A stretch of 63,358 nt of DNA, the filler included, from Licmophora abbreviata (taxonomy: Eukaryota), in the NCBI GenBank assembly GCA_900291995.1. It is 10 parts of 10 records of this genome, joined end to end, with 100 filler letters (N's around TTAATTAATTAA, not from the genome) between each part and the next. Parts side by side here need not be neighbours in the genome. Positions count along the whole stretch, not along the records: positions 1,873 to 12,831 come from OLMU01003654.1; positions 12,932 to 21,729 come from OLMU01003655.1; positions 21,830 to 30,069 come from OLMU01003656.1; 7 more parts are not named here. One strand, given 5' to 3'. The position numbers and the translations under genes were made by a program. Under the pieces are notes generated by a model. The model had not been told where the DNA came from and made no database searches. It saw only the letters and a list, made by a program, of their open reading frames with translations. Shown piece after piece: positions 11,088 to 22,000 of the stretch (position 1 is its first letter; every line of letters starts with the position of its first letter).

Positions 11088-12680
11088 CTACTCTCCCCCA
11101 CTGAGCTGCAGGTACTGTCCAAAGTTCCGAGCTTCAAAGTTAGGATCTTGACGCGACTTGTAATAATACCAGGCACCTCCAATCGCGGCAATGCTGGTCA
11201 AGGTCCACCAGAAGCGCCTCCAGCCGTGGTGATGCGATTTCTTGGGAACCACTTCCGGCGTGTGTTGTTTGAAGTCAACGCAATGGCCTTCCTGTAAGCA
11301 ACCAATCTTATTGGGACAGGAAATACACTTGAGACAGGCGTCCGGAATCATGACATCTGCCGAAAAGTACTGCCAGCAGAGATGATCAAAGAGCATAAAC
11401 GATGAAGGGTAGTCAAGAATGTGGCGATCGACAGAGATGGCCGGCAGGGAGATCACCGACGATTCTTTTTGGCGGTTAACTTGGTTTTCCAACAAGACAT
11501 TGGTGGAATCACCATCGACACTTCCCGAATCAGTCATACACTCGTCGATGGTGGAAGAGGCGATCCCAGCGTGGGCTTCGGCGTTCTTGAGACAGTCTTC
11601 CGCCGCAAAAGTGTGTGGGTCGCTACAGTGTTCCTTGTGATACAGGACGTAGTCCCACCACTTGCTGGGGTCACTTTTCCCTTCATCGGCATCCATAACG
11701 TAATGCTTCCAAATACACAAACGGCGCAGACTCTCGCGAACAATGGCATAGCCGGATAGATCCCGAGCATGCGTTGAGCAATAGCGTCCATGATTGCTGC
11801 AAAGGTGATCGCAAGGTCCATTTTCCTGACAGTGGAAGCGCTTTCCGTCAATCAAAGCATAATGCGGTTGAAAGTGTGCCCTGTTTTTGAGTGTTTCCAT
11901 GACGAGACGCATGTTCTTGTAGGTCTTTTGTATGATGAGGGAGCAAAACATGGTGAGAGTTACGATTCGAATCAATCTACTACACTCGTGTTTGTACGAT
12001 AGCCACATATATATTACCTCGAGATCAAGGTACGGATCGTAGGCTGAAGTCCAGAGACGGACGGAGAGGTGCAGGTTGTGCGCATCTCCAAGGTGGGGAC
12101 GCAAACCCCACTTGAGGTCCATCAGAACGGGCTGGTTCGCATTCAACTGTTCGTGCAAGCGATGCCCGAGTCCCTTGAAAATGAGAAAGGTCGGAATGGA
12201 AACATCTGCTCCGCTTCCATCGTCGACTAGGACAGGAACATGGTCCAAACAAGTATCCTGAGGAAACGCTGCGGTACAGTTCGTGTCTTTGCAGAGACAG
12301 TGGGGATCCGCAATCACGAGAGCAGCCGCTCCGAGCTGCTGGGCATGCCGGGCCTTGGTAACTGGAGAACAGCCCCCGTCTCCAATGAGGAGAATGAAGG
12401 GTGGCTGGAGTCCCCCGCTGTGCGCTGGAACTGCCGCGGAAGTGCGGTTGAAGCTGATGGGACTGCACAAGTTCTCGCCTTGGAAAAAGGCGTACACATA
12501 CTCCGAGATGGATCCAGAGCGCAGATGGAAGCCAAAGTTCGCCTGCGCGTGATCGTAACCGTCCACCGCGTGGAAATCGAACGGAATGTGCACGTTTACG
12601 CGAGAGGAGTTCGTGCCGTCCGCAGCATTGCCCAGTCCCACTCGGAGAAGGCTCAGCAGAGCCAGAACGCTCTTCAGCAT
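11088..12680 (-). CDS. Vacuolar sorting receptor (VSR/BP-80-like) with PA domain; probable in-frame intron 11925-12017
   Basis: Signal peptide, ANFG motif, PA domain (GGCSPVTKARHAQQLGAAALVIAD), CSNHGRYC and ESLRRLCIW, C-terminal TM helix and YxxPhi sorting motif (YLQL). Confidence 0.85.
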   Translation of the reverse strand: MLKSVLALLSLLRVGLGNAADGTNSSRVNVHIPFDFHAVDGYDHAQANFGFHLRSGSISEYVYAFFQGENLCSPISFNRTSAAVPAHSGGLQPPFILLIGDGGCSPVTKARHAQQLGAAALVIADPHCLCKDTNCTAAFPQDTCLDHVPVLVDDGSGADVSIPTFLIFKGLGHRLHEQLNANQPVLMDLKWGLRPHLGDAHNLHLSVRLWTSAYDPYLDLEVIYMWLSYKHECSRLIRIVTLTMFCSLIIQKTYKNMRLVMETLKNRAHFQPHYALIDGKRFHCQENGPCDHLCSNHGRYCSTHARDLSGYAIVRESLRRLCIWKHYVMDADEGKSDPSKWWDYVLYHKEHCSDPHTFAAEDCLKNAEAHAGIASSTIDECMTDSGSVDGDSTNVLLENQVNRQKESSVISLPAISVDRHILDYPSSFMLFDHLCWQYFSADVMIPDACLKCISCPNKIGCLQEGHCVDFKQHTPEVVPKKSHHHGWRRFWWTLTSIAAIGGAWYYYKSRQDPNFEARNFGQYLQLSGGE

Positions 12681-13162
12681 GGTCGAGGAACGTAACAGAA
12701 CTTCAAACTTGTGTGATGGCGGGTTCACTCACGATTTGTGTCGTATGCGATGTGCGCGATGACGAAAAGAAAAAAGAAAGATCGATGTTCGGGTCTACCG
12801 AACTCCGACTCAGCCGACCAGAAGATGGACCNNNNNNNNNNNNNNNNNNNNNNNNNNNNNNNNNNNNNNNNNNNNTTAATTAATTAANNNNNNNNNNNNN
12901 NNNNNNNNNNNNNNNNNNNNNNNNNNNNNNNTCGAATGTCAAGTGTCTCCACTCTTGATCACAAAGGAGTCGAGTCCATGAACCACTGAGTCCAATCAAG
13001 CTGACGGGATCCTCTTAGTGGCAGGAGAATACTCCTAAAGGTCAAAACCGAAGTCCAGTTTTATCGAACTCCAGTACTAAGTATCTAGGTATATACTCGT
13101 ATATGCCATCATGGTGGAAGCTAAGTAGTTAGTCTTGCTGTTCCGGAGCAGCACCGTTCTTT

Positions 13163-15878
13163 CTATTCATCCACTTCCATTGACTGTGTGCCATTCTCTT
13201 CCGTGCCCGTCTCTTCTGTCTCCATTGCCGCGGGTTCGTCCCCTGTCTTCGTTTCCTCAGACTTCTCGCTTGTATCCATGTCCGTGGGTTCGGATTCCTC
13301 CTTCTTGGGCTCCTCTTTGGGTTTTTCCTTTTTCGGAGCAGGCTTGTGCTTGATGGGACTGCAGAGGCCCGTCAGCTCAGAGTTCTTCTTCTGAATCTCA
13401 GCAACAGTAAGAACTGGATCAACGTTCTGGCCGAGTCCGGACTGCTTGTCCAGCATGTCGTACAGCCACCTGGTGATTTCGTCGCACTTTTCATGACATT
13501 TCTGACGCTCCTCCTCAGTAATGTGAGCGTACTTCTCGTCCGCTGACGATTCATTCAACCATGCCTTGTAGCTCTCGATGTTGCTTTGGAGAAGCGAGAC
13601 GGCCTTTGGACGACCTTCGGCTTCTTCTTGGCGCTTCTGAATGGGCACACCATGCTTTTTGAGTCCATCCAGCTTTTCGGCATAGACGGATTTGGTTGCA
13701 TCAAAGCCATCTTCGTACAGCCAGTTCTCGGCAGTTTCCAACATCGTACAGAACATAGACTTTTCTTCGTCGGTCGCGTAGGGCGCCAAGTGAGTATCGG
13801 AAACGATCCTGTCTCGCACGCTGTAAATGTACGATTCCAACTCATTTCGCATATCTGCTGTCTCACGGACCACACGATCCACGTTGGTCATGGCGACTTC
13901 AGCCTCAAAGAATTTATCCTTCTCCGATTTCGACCATTCCAGCGGGCGGCTTTCTGTAAAGTCAAGGAGCGTCTTTTTGATCTTCTTCTTTTTCTCCTCA
14001 CCTTCCTTGGCTTCGGCTTCTTTGCCTTCTTCGACTTCCACTGCCGGCATCTCCTCTTCGATCTCTTCCACCATCTGTGCAGAGCTCATTCGAATAATAC
14101 CATGAATGTCTTCTTTGACATTGACGCGCACCTTCTTCTCGTCTCCCTCGGGCGCTTTGATCTTGAAGCACGCAATTTCCTTGCCGTCCGCCACACTCGA
14201 GTCGTACGAGGCCGTCACGACAAACTCCCCCGATCGTCGCAACGTGACACGTCGCACAACCGGGAAGTTCAAGCCACGATCAAACATGACAACAGAGTTG
14301 GTGGGCATGTCGGCACCTTCGGTGTCTCCCTCCATCTCAGTATCTTTTGAGCCGTTCTCTGTTTCCTCATCCCACGCCAGCTTGACGGGAAAGGGCTGAC
14401 TCTCCACGATTTCGTAGGGCAGTACCTTGAAACGAGGAGACAGAATGGCACTTTGCAGAGCCGCACCTCGACTTACGGCCTCGTCCGCATTCATGGTCAT
14501 CGACAGCGACGTCCCACCCAAAACCTCCGACAGCTTTCGCTTGACGCTTCCGATACGCGTACTGCCCCCGACAATCTCAGCACTCTTCAAGTCCTTCGCT
14601 TCCAGCTTGGCTTCCGCCAAGACACTCTCGACGGGCTTGGCGAGACGCGCCAAGAGAGGTTGGCACATGGCTTCATACTCGTCTGCTTTGAGCGTCGTAC
14701 TAAAGTCGAGATCGTCCATGAGACACTCCAGTGTAATGCGCGCCTCCTTGACTCCCGCCGGACTGAGGGTCTTTTTGGCCTTTTCAGCGGCCGCCAGAAG
14801 CTTCAATCGCACCTTGGGCGTTTCCATTGGCTTGCCACTGATCTTTCCAGCAAACTTTTCCTCGAACTTGGCCGCAAGCCATTCGGCAATGAGCCGGTCA
14901 AAGTCACGTCCCCCGAGATCCTCATCATAAAAGCAGCTCTTGACAGTCAGCTTGCCAGGTTCAAAGGAAACGACCGAGGCAGTAAAGCAGCTACTCCCCA
15001 TGTCGATAAACATGACATTGGTGGGTTCGTCCTTGGTAAACTCCTTCCGCACATCTTTGAAAATACCATAGGCCAGCGCCGTGGCGGTGGACTCGTGCAT
15101 GAGACGCTGCACACCGTTGATACCGGCAATGTCACAGCCCGCCAGGAAGGCCCTTCGCTGCGCGTCCGTGTAGTAGCTAGGGATCGCAACGACCCAGTCC
15201 TGCGGGAAGAGTTGTTCTTCCGTCTTCCTGTCCTTGTCAAGATTGGAGGCAGCTTGCGCCGCCTTGTGTGCAGCGATATGGCCGAGGTGCTTGAGCATCA
15301 TCCCTGCGACGGCCTCGATGGGAACGATCTTGTCCTCTTCGGCCAAGCTCACCTTGACCCCGATCGAGTCGGGTCCACCGTTGGTGTGAGGCATGGGAAC
15401 GCAGGTGAAGGCGACATTGGGAAGCTCCTTTTGCGCGCGAGGGTCGTCGTAGGCCAAGCCGATGAGGCGTTTCATGTTGCGAATCGTGTTCTTGTAGTTC
15501 GAAGTCGCAGTCGTCGCAGCTTGTTCTCCCATTTGACGAGATTCTCCGAAACTGACCATGCAGCTGTGAATCGATTGGAGAAAGGGAAGACAGACGACGA
15601 GAGTGAGTACGATACAACGCAAATTTACGTTTGACTTTCTCAATTTGTTTTCGCGCACGTAGCTCTCGGTAGACTCTGTACAGAAGCGCGGCAAACCAAA
15701 TTTCGGCAAGTCGTGGCGTGCAGTCCGACATTTGAGGCTGATTTTGAGCGCCTTCCTTTCGTTCTACTTACGGATTCAGACGATTCGAGTTTCCATTGAG
15801 AATGACATCGACGCCGCCACGGCCAGCCGCCGCAATCACGGCGTTGTGAAGTCCAAAATCGACACCAACGACGCTCAT
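13163..15878 (-). CDS. Hsp110/HSPA4-type Hsp70-family nucleotide exchange factor; intron 15564-15771
   Basis: Exon 1 encodes MSVVGVDFG...RGGVDVILNGNSNRLNP and splices to CMVSF. Also TATALAYG, LGGRDFD, VGGSTRI, NADEAVSRGAALQ, RNELESYIY, ENWLYEDG and a terminal MEVD. Confidence 0.93.
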
Positions 15879-16206
15879 GGTGCTGCACTGTGCTGTTTTG
15901 GAAATCCTGTGAGCCAAGAAAAATGACCGGCCGACATGCACGCAAGTTTTGGTACTGAAATCTACGTGGAAATCTTTCGATCGAGTTCGTCAGGAGGGGC
16001 GGAGAGACCGATTGGAATCAATCAGAAATCTGAATCTGGCCGTCGTCCCATCGAAATTTGAAACTTGGCCAGGAAGCGGGACTGAAGATGTTTCGGGATT
16101 GACACCTTTTTGAACCCTGATCGAGACTGACACCATGACGGCGGCGCCGCATCTTTCAGCTCTGCTTGTTGCTGCGTGTTCCGATATTCATACCCACTGA
16201 ATCAGC

Positions 16207-18058
16207 ATGACGACTGACGACTCGCCTGCTGCAACATCACAACAGCCGTCGGAAGAAAAAACTCATCAGCTCATCTCGTCAAGCGATACCGATGCCACGA
16301 GCAACAACAGCCCAGCATCCTGCCAGCGGCTTCTAGGGTGGTATCACTTTCAAGGCAATGTCAAGGCAAAAGGCTACTGTACGGTGAGTCTATGGAGATG
16401 ATAGTATGTACGTGTCAATTCTTCTTTAGCGTGTCTCAACACTGTGTTTGTGAAACGACAATCAATACATGATACGCCAATACTTCATTCACGCGCCGCT
16501 TTAGCTCGGTATCGCCCGCGGAGCTCTCGTCATGAGCAATATCTTTCTTTCCTCGGCACTCATTTACCTCGCTGCCGAAGAAGCTGATTGTTTAGACGAG
16601 AAGGACGAAATTGTAGATGACTGTGACAACCGCGTTTATGGACAAAAACCAGGAACCCTCATTGCCAACATTGCCGTCTTTTCTGGTCTGCTCAGTGCCT
16701 TTTTCATGCCCTTCTTCGGTGCCGCGGTGGACTACACACCCTATCGGAGACTCATTGGCACGGTCGTTGCTGTTGTCATGATGCTCATACAAGCGGCCCA
16801 GATCGGTACCGTCTCGCAAACGTGGTTTGCCATGTCGATTCTTCAAGCACTGAATGGATTCTTTTACCAGATTCAGATCCTGGCCGTCTATGCGTACCTT
16901 CCTGAGATCGCCAAAGATGTCGGGGAGACCGTCATGACTCAATGTACGTATGCACAACTGTGAAGTATGATCATCTCGTGTCTATTCCTCTCATCGTTCC
17001 CTCGCAACTGCTTCCGTCGCGACTTATCTCGCTCGCATACAGTTCACGCAACGTTTACAATGGTCCAGTTCACATCCCAAGCCTTGTTCTTGCTTGTCGT
17101 CACCGGAATTAGTCTCGGTTTTGACTTTGACGACGTTCAGACTGGCCATTTGGGTCAAGCAGCCAACCTTGTATGGAGCGGAAGTTTCTTCGCTATTGGT
17201 TGGGGTCGCATCATGCCAAGTGTACCAGCCAGTCACACACTCCCCAGCGATACATCTCTCTTGCGACAGTCCTTTGTACAAGTCTGGCACACGGCCAAAC
17301 ACATTTGGCGCGAGTATGCCCACTCGCTGCGATGGTTCTATTTGGCGCTTGTCTTTGCGGAATCGGCAGTCAATGCTTTTACGGTGCTGGCTGTGACCTT
17401 TCTGGACGAGCAAATCAAACTGAGCGGCAGCGAAATTGGCATCTTTTTCTTCCTGGCACTCGTTGGTTCCTTGCCAGGATCCAAGCTGGGTGCGTATACT
17501 ACGAGTAAGACGAATCCTAGCATATCGTGGAGAGTCAACATGCTGGTCACAGCAGCCGTGGCCGTTGTTGGGGCGTTCATTCTCGAGCCCAATGAAAACG
17601 GAATCGCGTACGGTTGGGGAGTGGCCATTGGCATTTGCATCGGTTGGTTCTATCCTGTAGAGAATCTCTTCTTTTCGTTGCTGCTTCCGAAAGGGCAAGA
17701 GGCGGAACTGGCAGGCTTCTATGTCTACTGCACACAACTCTTGGGATGGTTGCCGCCATTGATCTTTTCCATTCTGGTAGACAATGATGTACATCAGAAG
17801 TATGGTATCTTGGCGGTACAGGCATTCTTTGTCATTGCAGTGTTGATTCTTTCGTTGATTCCGTCATGGGAGGAGGCGGTCGTGGAAGCTCATTCTCTAG
17901 ATACTAGTGGGAGTGAAGGTGTGAACGATAAGGAGCAGTCAGGACTGGAAGGCGAGAGGAGTGGTAGTGAGAGAAGCGTAACTGAAGAAGATGAGAAGAT
18001 GGAAGCCGCGCGTGTGAGCGATGATATGATGGAAGCATTAGGCGAATGGTCGAAATAA
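16207..18058 (+). CDS. MFS transporter (ATG22/UMF1-like); introns 16384-16504 and 16944-17042
   Basis: About 12 hydrophobic segments, PFFGAAVDYTPYRR, YAYLPEI and LLPKGQEAELAGFY. Both GT-AG introns keep the frame. Confidence 0.85.
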
Positions 18059-18523
18059 GTTTGGTGCGTGCGACAATCTTGGCCTAGTTGATTGGTGCCC
18101 AAGCGAGTCTATGCTACACTCTAGCTCGTACTTGGCACAAGGTGGGATGGGCTAGACGAGCAAGAACTGATGTTATGGAGTGCAATGCTAGCTAGCTAGA
18201 GAGTAAAGAGTGATCACTCCTTTCCTGTGACAAGTGCCTAAGTCGATCGTGATACATAGATCACTACTGATGCTTCACAGGTTCAAGGTAGAAGTGTGTT
18301 AGAGTGAGTCGCTCTTCGTACTATTGGCTAAAAGCTAAACTTGGTAACTGCTAGCATCATCTTCAGCAGGTAGTTTTTTCAACCTACGAGTAGGATCGGT
18401 ATGGTTTTCTACGCACCGGCAAATGCGCGTGATTTGAGGTGCGCTGTTCCGCCATTCGTCTGAGATTCATTCAGTGACGGCGATGCAGTGTCGACGACCG
18501 CACGAGATCATCGTCGGGTCGTC

Positions 18524-18973
18524 ATGATGGCGGACGACGATGAGGACTATCGATCGGTGTTGATGAAGACGCAGTATGCCCACGTGGAGGAATACTGCAA
18601 CGCGCAGACAGCACTGCATCACGCAATCAATCGAAAGCCAAACGACGACACGAGTAGTAGCTACGCGCCACTCTTACGGCACAGCGAGCTACAGAACGCG
18701 CTTCAAGATCTCTCCGATTCCATTGCACGTGTGCGATCGGATGTTAGGGGTCTGGAAGAAGTGGATCTGTCGGTGGAAAGCAAGAGACTGAAAGAGGCCT
18801 GGCAGCGTCATTTGGAAACGACACGTCGGGTCGTTGACACCATTCATGACCATGGCGGTCGCTTGCATGCGAACGGTGTCCCAGCCGGCAAGGATGACTA
18901 TGACACCAAACTAGTGGCCCTGGCAACGTTGCGTGCCTCTATCGCGCGAGTGGAAACGATAGTGTCGCCCTGA
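18524..18973 (+). CDS. Hypothetical small helical/coiled-coil protein
   Basis: About 150-aa ORF with an amphipathic helical pattern, ending 24 bp from the convergent neighbour's stop. No motif recognised. Confidence 0.4.
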   Translation: MMADDDEDYRSVLMKTQYAHVEEYCNAQTALHHAINRKPNDDTSSSYAPLLRHSELQNALQDLSDSIARVRSDVRGLEEVDLSVESKRLKEAWQRHLETTRRVVDTIHDHGGRLHANGVPAGKDDYDTKLVALATLRASIARVETIVSP

Positions 18974-18997
18974 ATGAGTCTCGGGCCTGCTTATGTG

Positions 18998-20797
18998 TTA
19001 CTGAGCCTTCTGTTCTAGCTTTGGGAATCCGACCGGTGTCTTCTCTACGTCGTCGAGATCGAGGCATGGCAAAGGAATCTCAATCGTCGTTTGTTGCGTG
19101 TCCCCAATCACGGCTTTGGTCAAGTCTTGCGGTGGGCCATCCCCATGCTCGCCGCGTTCCGGTGATGCAACATCATCCGGTTCGTCGTTCTCTCCTCCCT
19201 CTTCCTCCCCTCCCTTGGTCTTCTCGACTTTTTTCAACGCAGCACTGTACCTGTACCTTCGACGGAGGTCTATCCAGTATAACACCCGCCGTAGGACCCC
19301 GGCCGAGCAGAAGGACACGAATATTGCGCACATGACAACGCGCGCGAGCAGAGGATAGCTCATGAAATGATTGTAGAACGCCCTCATCAACAGCCGAAGA
19401 ATTTGATCCATGTAGTCATCCTCGGTAGAGTCTTGTAGTTTCGCCAGGACATGTGCTTCGTCACCCAGAGCACGAAAATCGGGTGTTTCAACTCCTAGCC
19501 GCTTGGCGTACTTGCGTATCGAGGCATGTACCGAGAAGCATTTTGGTGATTCAGTCGCGCCTGGGGCGATGTTCATTCCTCCGAATGTAGTGTCCCACAC
19601 TTGATCTGGAACGGAAGGCAGAATTCCTCCTCCACATCGAGGAAGACTCAGAAGCATGATTCTCACGAGCACGGATACAAAGACTGCCGTGAGAATCGTA
19701 CCCACAATCGTACGACGCGCTTTCCGGTGAAAGTATACAAAAACGCGAGTGGCGCGGCTCATGGTTCCCGACGGCGAGATGTCTTCGATTCCATCCGAAA
19801 CTGTGGGTCGAGTCCTATGTCCAGTCTTTGGAGGAATCTTCAACCGACGGTGAAAATGTTGACGGTACTCATTGTCCATGATCAAGCCGAGCGCTGTCGA
19901 TCGAGCAAACCATCCTGCCAGCTTCAGCGGCATCCACATGAGCATGTTGATCCATCGAGTAAGTCTCGCGAGGACTCGAGTGAGGGCGCAGTTGGGAATA
20001 AGAATGAGCTCCGCCATGCGCACCACGGTCGCCACGGCTGCGTAGGGAATGGCAAGAAGCGGCGTAATGGCCAAAACGACAATCAATGCTCCGAGCGTCA
20101 TCGGGATCTTGGTGCAAAGCAAGGCAAAGGAGTCTGTACTGGTCAGCACTCCGCGTACCCAAACGTCGGAAAAGACTTTAATGAAAGCATCCTCGGTATC
20201 ACACCATGCCCCCAGTGTCCCTCGCACGAGTGGATAGAGAGCATGGTCCATTCGAAAGACGACGAGCCGTATCTGTCTGACGCAGGGACAGACAGACTCC
20301 ATAAAGTAATCCACATTGAGCATGGTCCCTGCCGCCGACAACAAGGGAGGCAGCGTCATTATGGCCGACACAATCACGCTGATTTCGAGCATCGAAGACA
20401 AGAGCGGCACACCCCCTCCATCGACAATGAGCTCGACGCGGTGAGAGCACAGGGGGCGTCGCAAGGAGTCCAGAGCGTCCGTGGCATGCCTGCGCTCGTC
20501 GCACGATGCACATAAACATCTGGCGCATTCGCAGCACCAGACATCGGCCCGCGTCTTCTCAGAACATCCAGCACATCGTCGGTATGGCCGGGTGGGAGGC
20601 GCCTGCCCTCCTCTGTCATCGGAAAGAGGGACCGCGACTACCGGCACGGCATAGTGTCTGTCGTGCAGTTGGCTAGCTGTTGTTGGATCACTTCCAGTGC
20701 TATCCGATGATGGTGAAAGCGGTGCCCCCTCCGCTGGAGTTGACGTGGGAGAAGCAAGAGGCTCCTTCGTAGCAGCCTGACGTCGTGTCATCACCAT
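18998..20797 (-). CDS. B-box zinc-finger protein with multiple transmembrane segments
   Basis: CAGC-x8-CCECARCLCASCDERRH...H matches the B-box pattern and is followed by about five hydrophobic segments; 600-aa open frame. Confidence 0.7.
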   Translation of the reverse strand: MVMTRRQAATKEPLASPTSTPAEGAPLSPSSDSTGSDPTTASQLHDRHYAVPVVAVPLSDDRGGQAPPTRPYRRCAGCSEKTRADVWCCECARCLCASCDERRHATDALDSLRRPLCSHRVELIVDGGGVPLLSSMLEISVIVSAIMTLPPLLSAAGTMLNVDYFMESVCPCVRQIRLVVFRMDHALYPLVRGTLGAWCDTEDAFIKVFSDVWVRGVLTSTDSFALLCTKIPMTLGALIVVLAITPLLAIPYAAVATVVRMAELILIPNCALTRVLARLTRWINMLMWMPLKLAGWFARSTALGLIMDNEYRQHFHRRLKIPPKTGHRTRPTVSDGIEDISPSGTMSRATRVFVYFHRKARRTIVGTILTAVFVSVLVRIMLLSLPRCGGGILPSVPDQVWDTTFGGMNIAPGATESPKCFSVHASIRKYAKRLGVETPDFRALGDEAHVLAKLQDSTEDDYMDQILRLLMRAFYNHFMSYPLLARVVMCAIFVSFCSAGVLRRVLYWIDLRRRYRYSAALKKVEKTKGGEEEGGENDEPDDVASPERGEHGDGPPQDLTKAVIGDTQQTTIEIPLPCLDLDDVEKTPVGFPKLEQKAQ

Positions 20798-21118
20798 GGT
20801 GGAGGTGTCAGAATTTAAATCAGATTTGGCGCGCACGAACGCGGGAATCACAACTTCCGGGTTATCTCTTTGGTGAGGAGCACCATGCGAGAGCGCTATG
20901 TAAGACGGTTCCGGTGCAGATTGCTACCGTGGTACCTTGCCAGGTAGCCTACATCCTTTGTTCTTTGCTTATAGTACTAGTATTAGGAAGTGCAGGCAGC
21001 AGCACAAGCATGACGACTGTTTACTGTCAGTAGCAGCGCACGTCTCCTTTCGTCGTTGATGAAACGATTACTCATCATTGCCGCGCACGCATGTCATCGT
21101 CATCGTCGTCAAGTAGTC

Positions 21119-21691
21119 TCATGACTCCACTACTGTCCTTTGTACAGCAAACTCTTCGAATATAGCTTCAAATCCATCCCCCTGTGGTGCTGCACACACC
21201 ATGCCCACCTGCAGTTCTTCGGCTGTCGAAAGGTAACCTTGCCGAATCTGCGTATACGTGTCGCCGTTTGTGGAGTAGAACGTTTCAATGGTTTCCCCCA
21301 TTCGCTTGGCCTTGAACCAGACAGACGTTGGGTTGTCTTCCAACGGAAGGATGGACCAGTCGGAATAGTCACGAGTAATGACCGTGCTCGCCTGCTGTCT
21401 CTCCTTGTAGTACTCAATGCCGCACTTCATCCATACCGTTTCGTCTTGACGCACCATCAAGCCCGCCTGATCGTAGAGTGTAGCATAGGCTCCCGTGACC
21501 TTGACCGTGGCTTCAAAGTCTCCTTTTACAGTGTCATAGTAGAAGGGAGCATCGTCTTTGATGAACTGGTGTAGCGTGATGCGCCAGTAGTCCGTCTTGC
21601 CGGGCACCTGGACTGTGATCTTCTTCTTCTTCTTCTTGCCTGGTTCTTGTTCTTCTTCCGAAAAGGAAGCTGGGGCGTTGTACCACTTCAT
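21119..21691 (-). CDS. DUF1349 (Ree1-like, concanavalin-fold) protein
   Basis: MKWYNAP...KTDYWRIT...DDAPF...GDFEATVKV...LYDQAGLM...WMKCGIEY...SDWS...VGMVCAAPQGDGF matches the DUF1349 pattern. Confidence 0.85.
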   Translation of the reverse strand: MKWYNAPASFSEEEQEPGKKKKKKITVQVPGKTDYWRITLHQFIKDDAPFYYDTVKGDFEATVKVTGAYATLYDQAGLMVRQDETVWMKCGIEYYKERQQASTVITRDYSDWSILPLEDNPTSVWFKAKRMGETIETFYSTNGDTYTQIRQGYLSTAEELQVGMVCAAPQGDGFEAIFEEFAVQRTVVES

Positions 21692-22000
21692 TCTTACTAC
21701 GGGCTCGCTGGTGGGGACGATGCGATCGANNNNNNNNNNNNNNNNNNNNNNNNNNNNNNNNNNNNNNNNNNNNTTAATTAATTAANNNNNNNNNNNNNNN
21801 NNNNNNNNNNNNNNNNNNNNNNNNNNNNNAAGTCGAATGAGTCCCAGAACCCCAATCATGTTTATTTTGCGCGGCGCACCTGCAAGACCACACGACAAAG
21901 ACACACACACACCAGACTGCGGATCCTCGTCGTCATCCAACGGCATGGATTGTCTCTCTGACACCCTCGCTCTGCATTTCTTCTGTAGAACTCTATCAGC

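Noticed and set aside
13586..15634. Long antisense ORFs (254 and 393 aa) opposite Hsp110, and similar ones opposite CPS, ABC-F, MFS and the B-box gene
   Set aside because: Expected shadows of codon bias in conserved genes; no motifs of their own.
15880..16200. Heat-shock element upstream of Hsp110
   Set aside because: GAA/TTC words are present but not in a clean nGAAnnTTCnnGAAn register.
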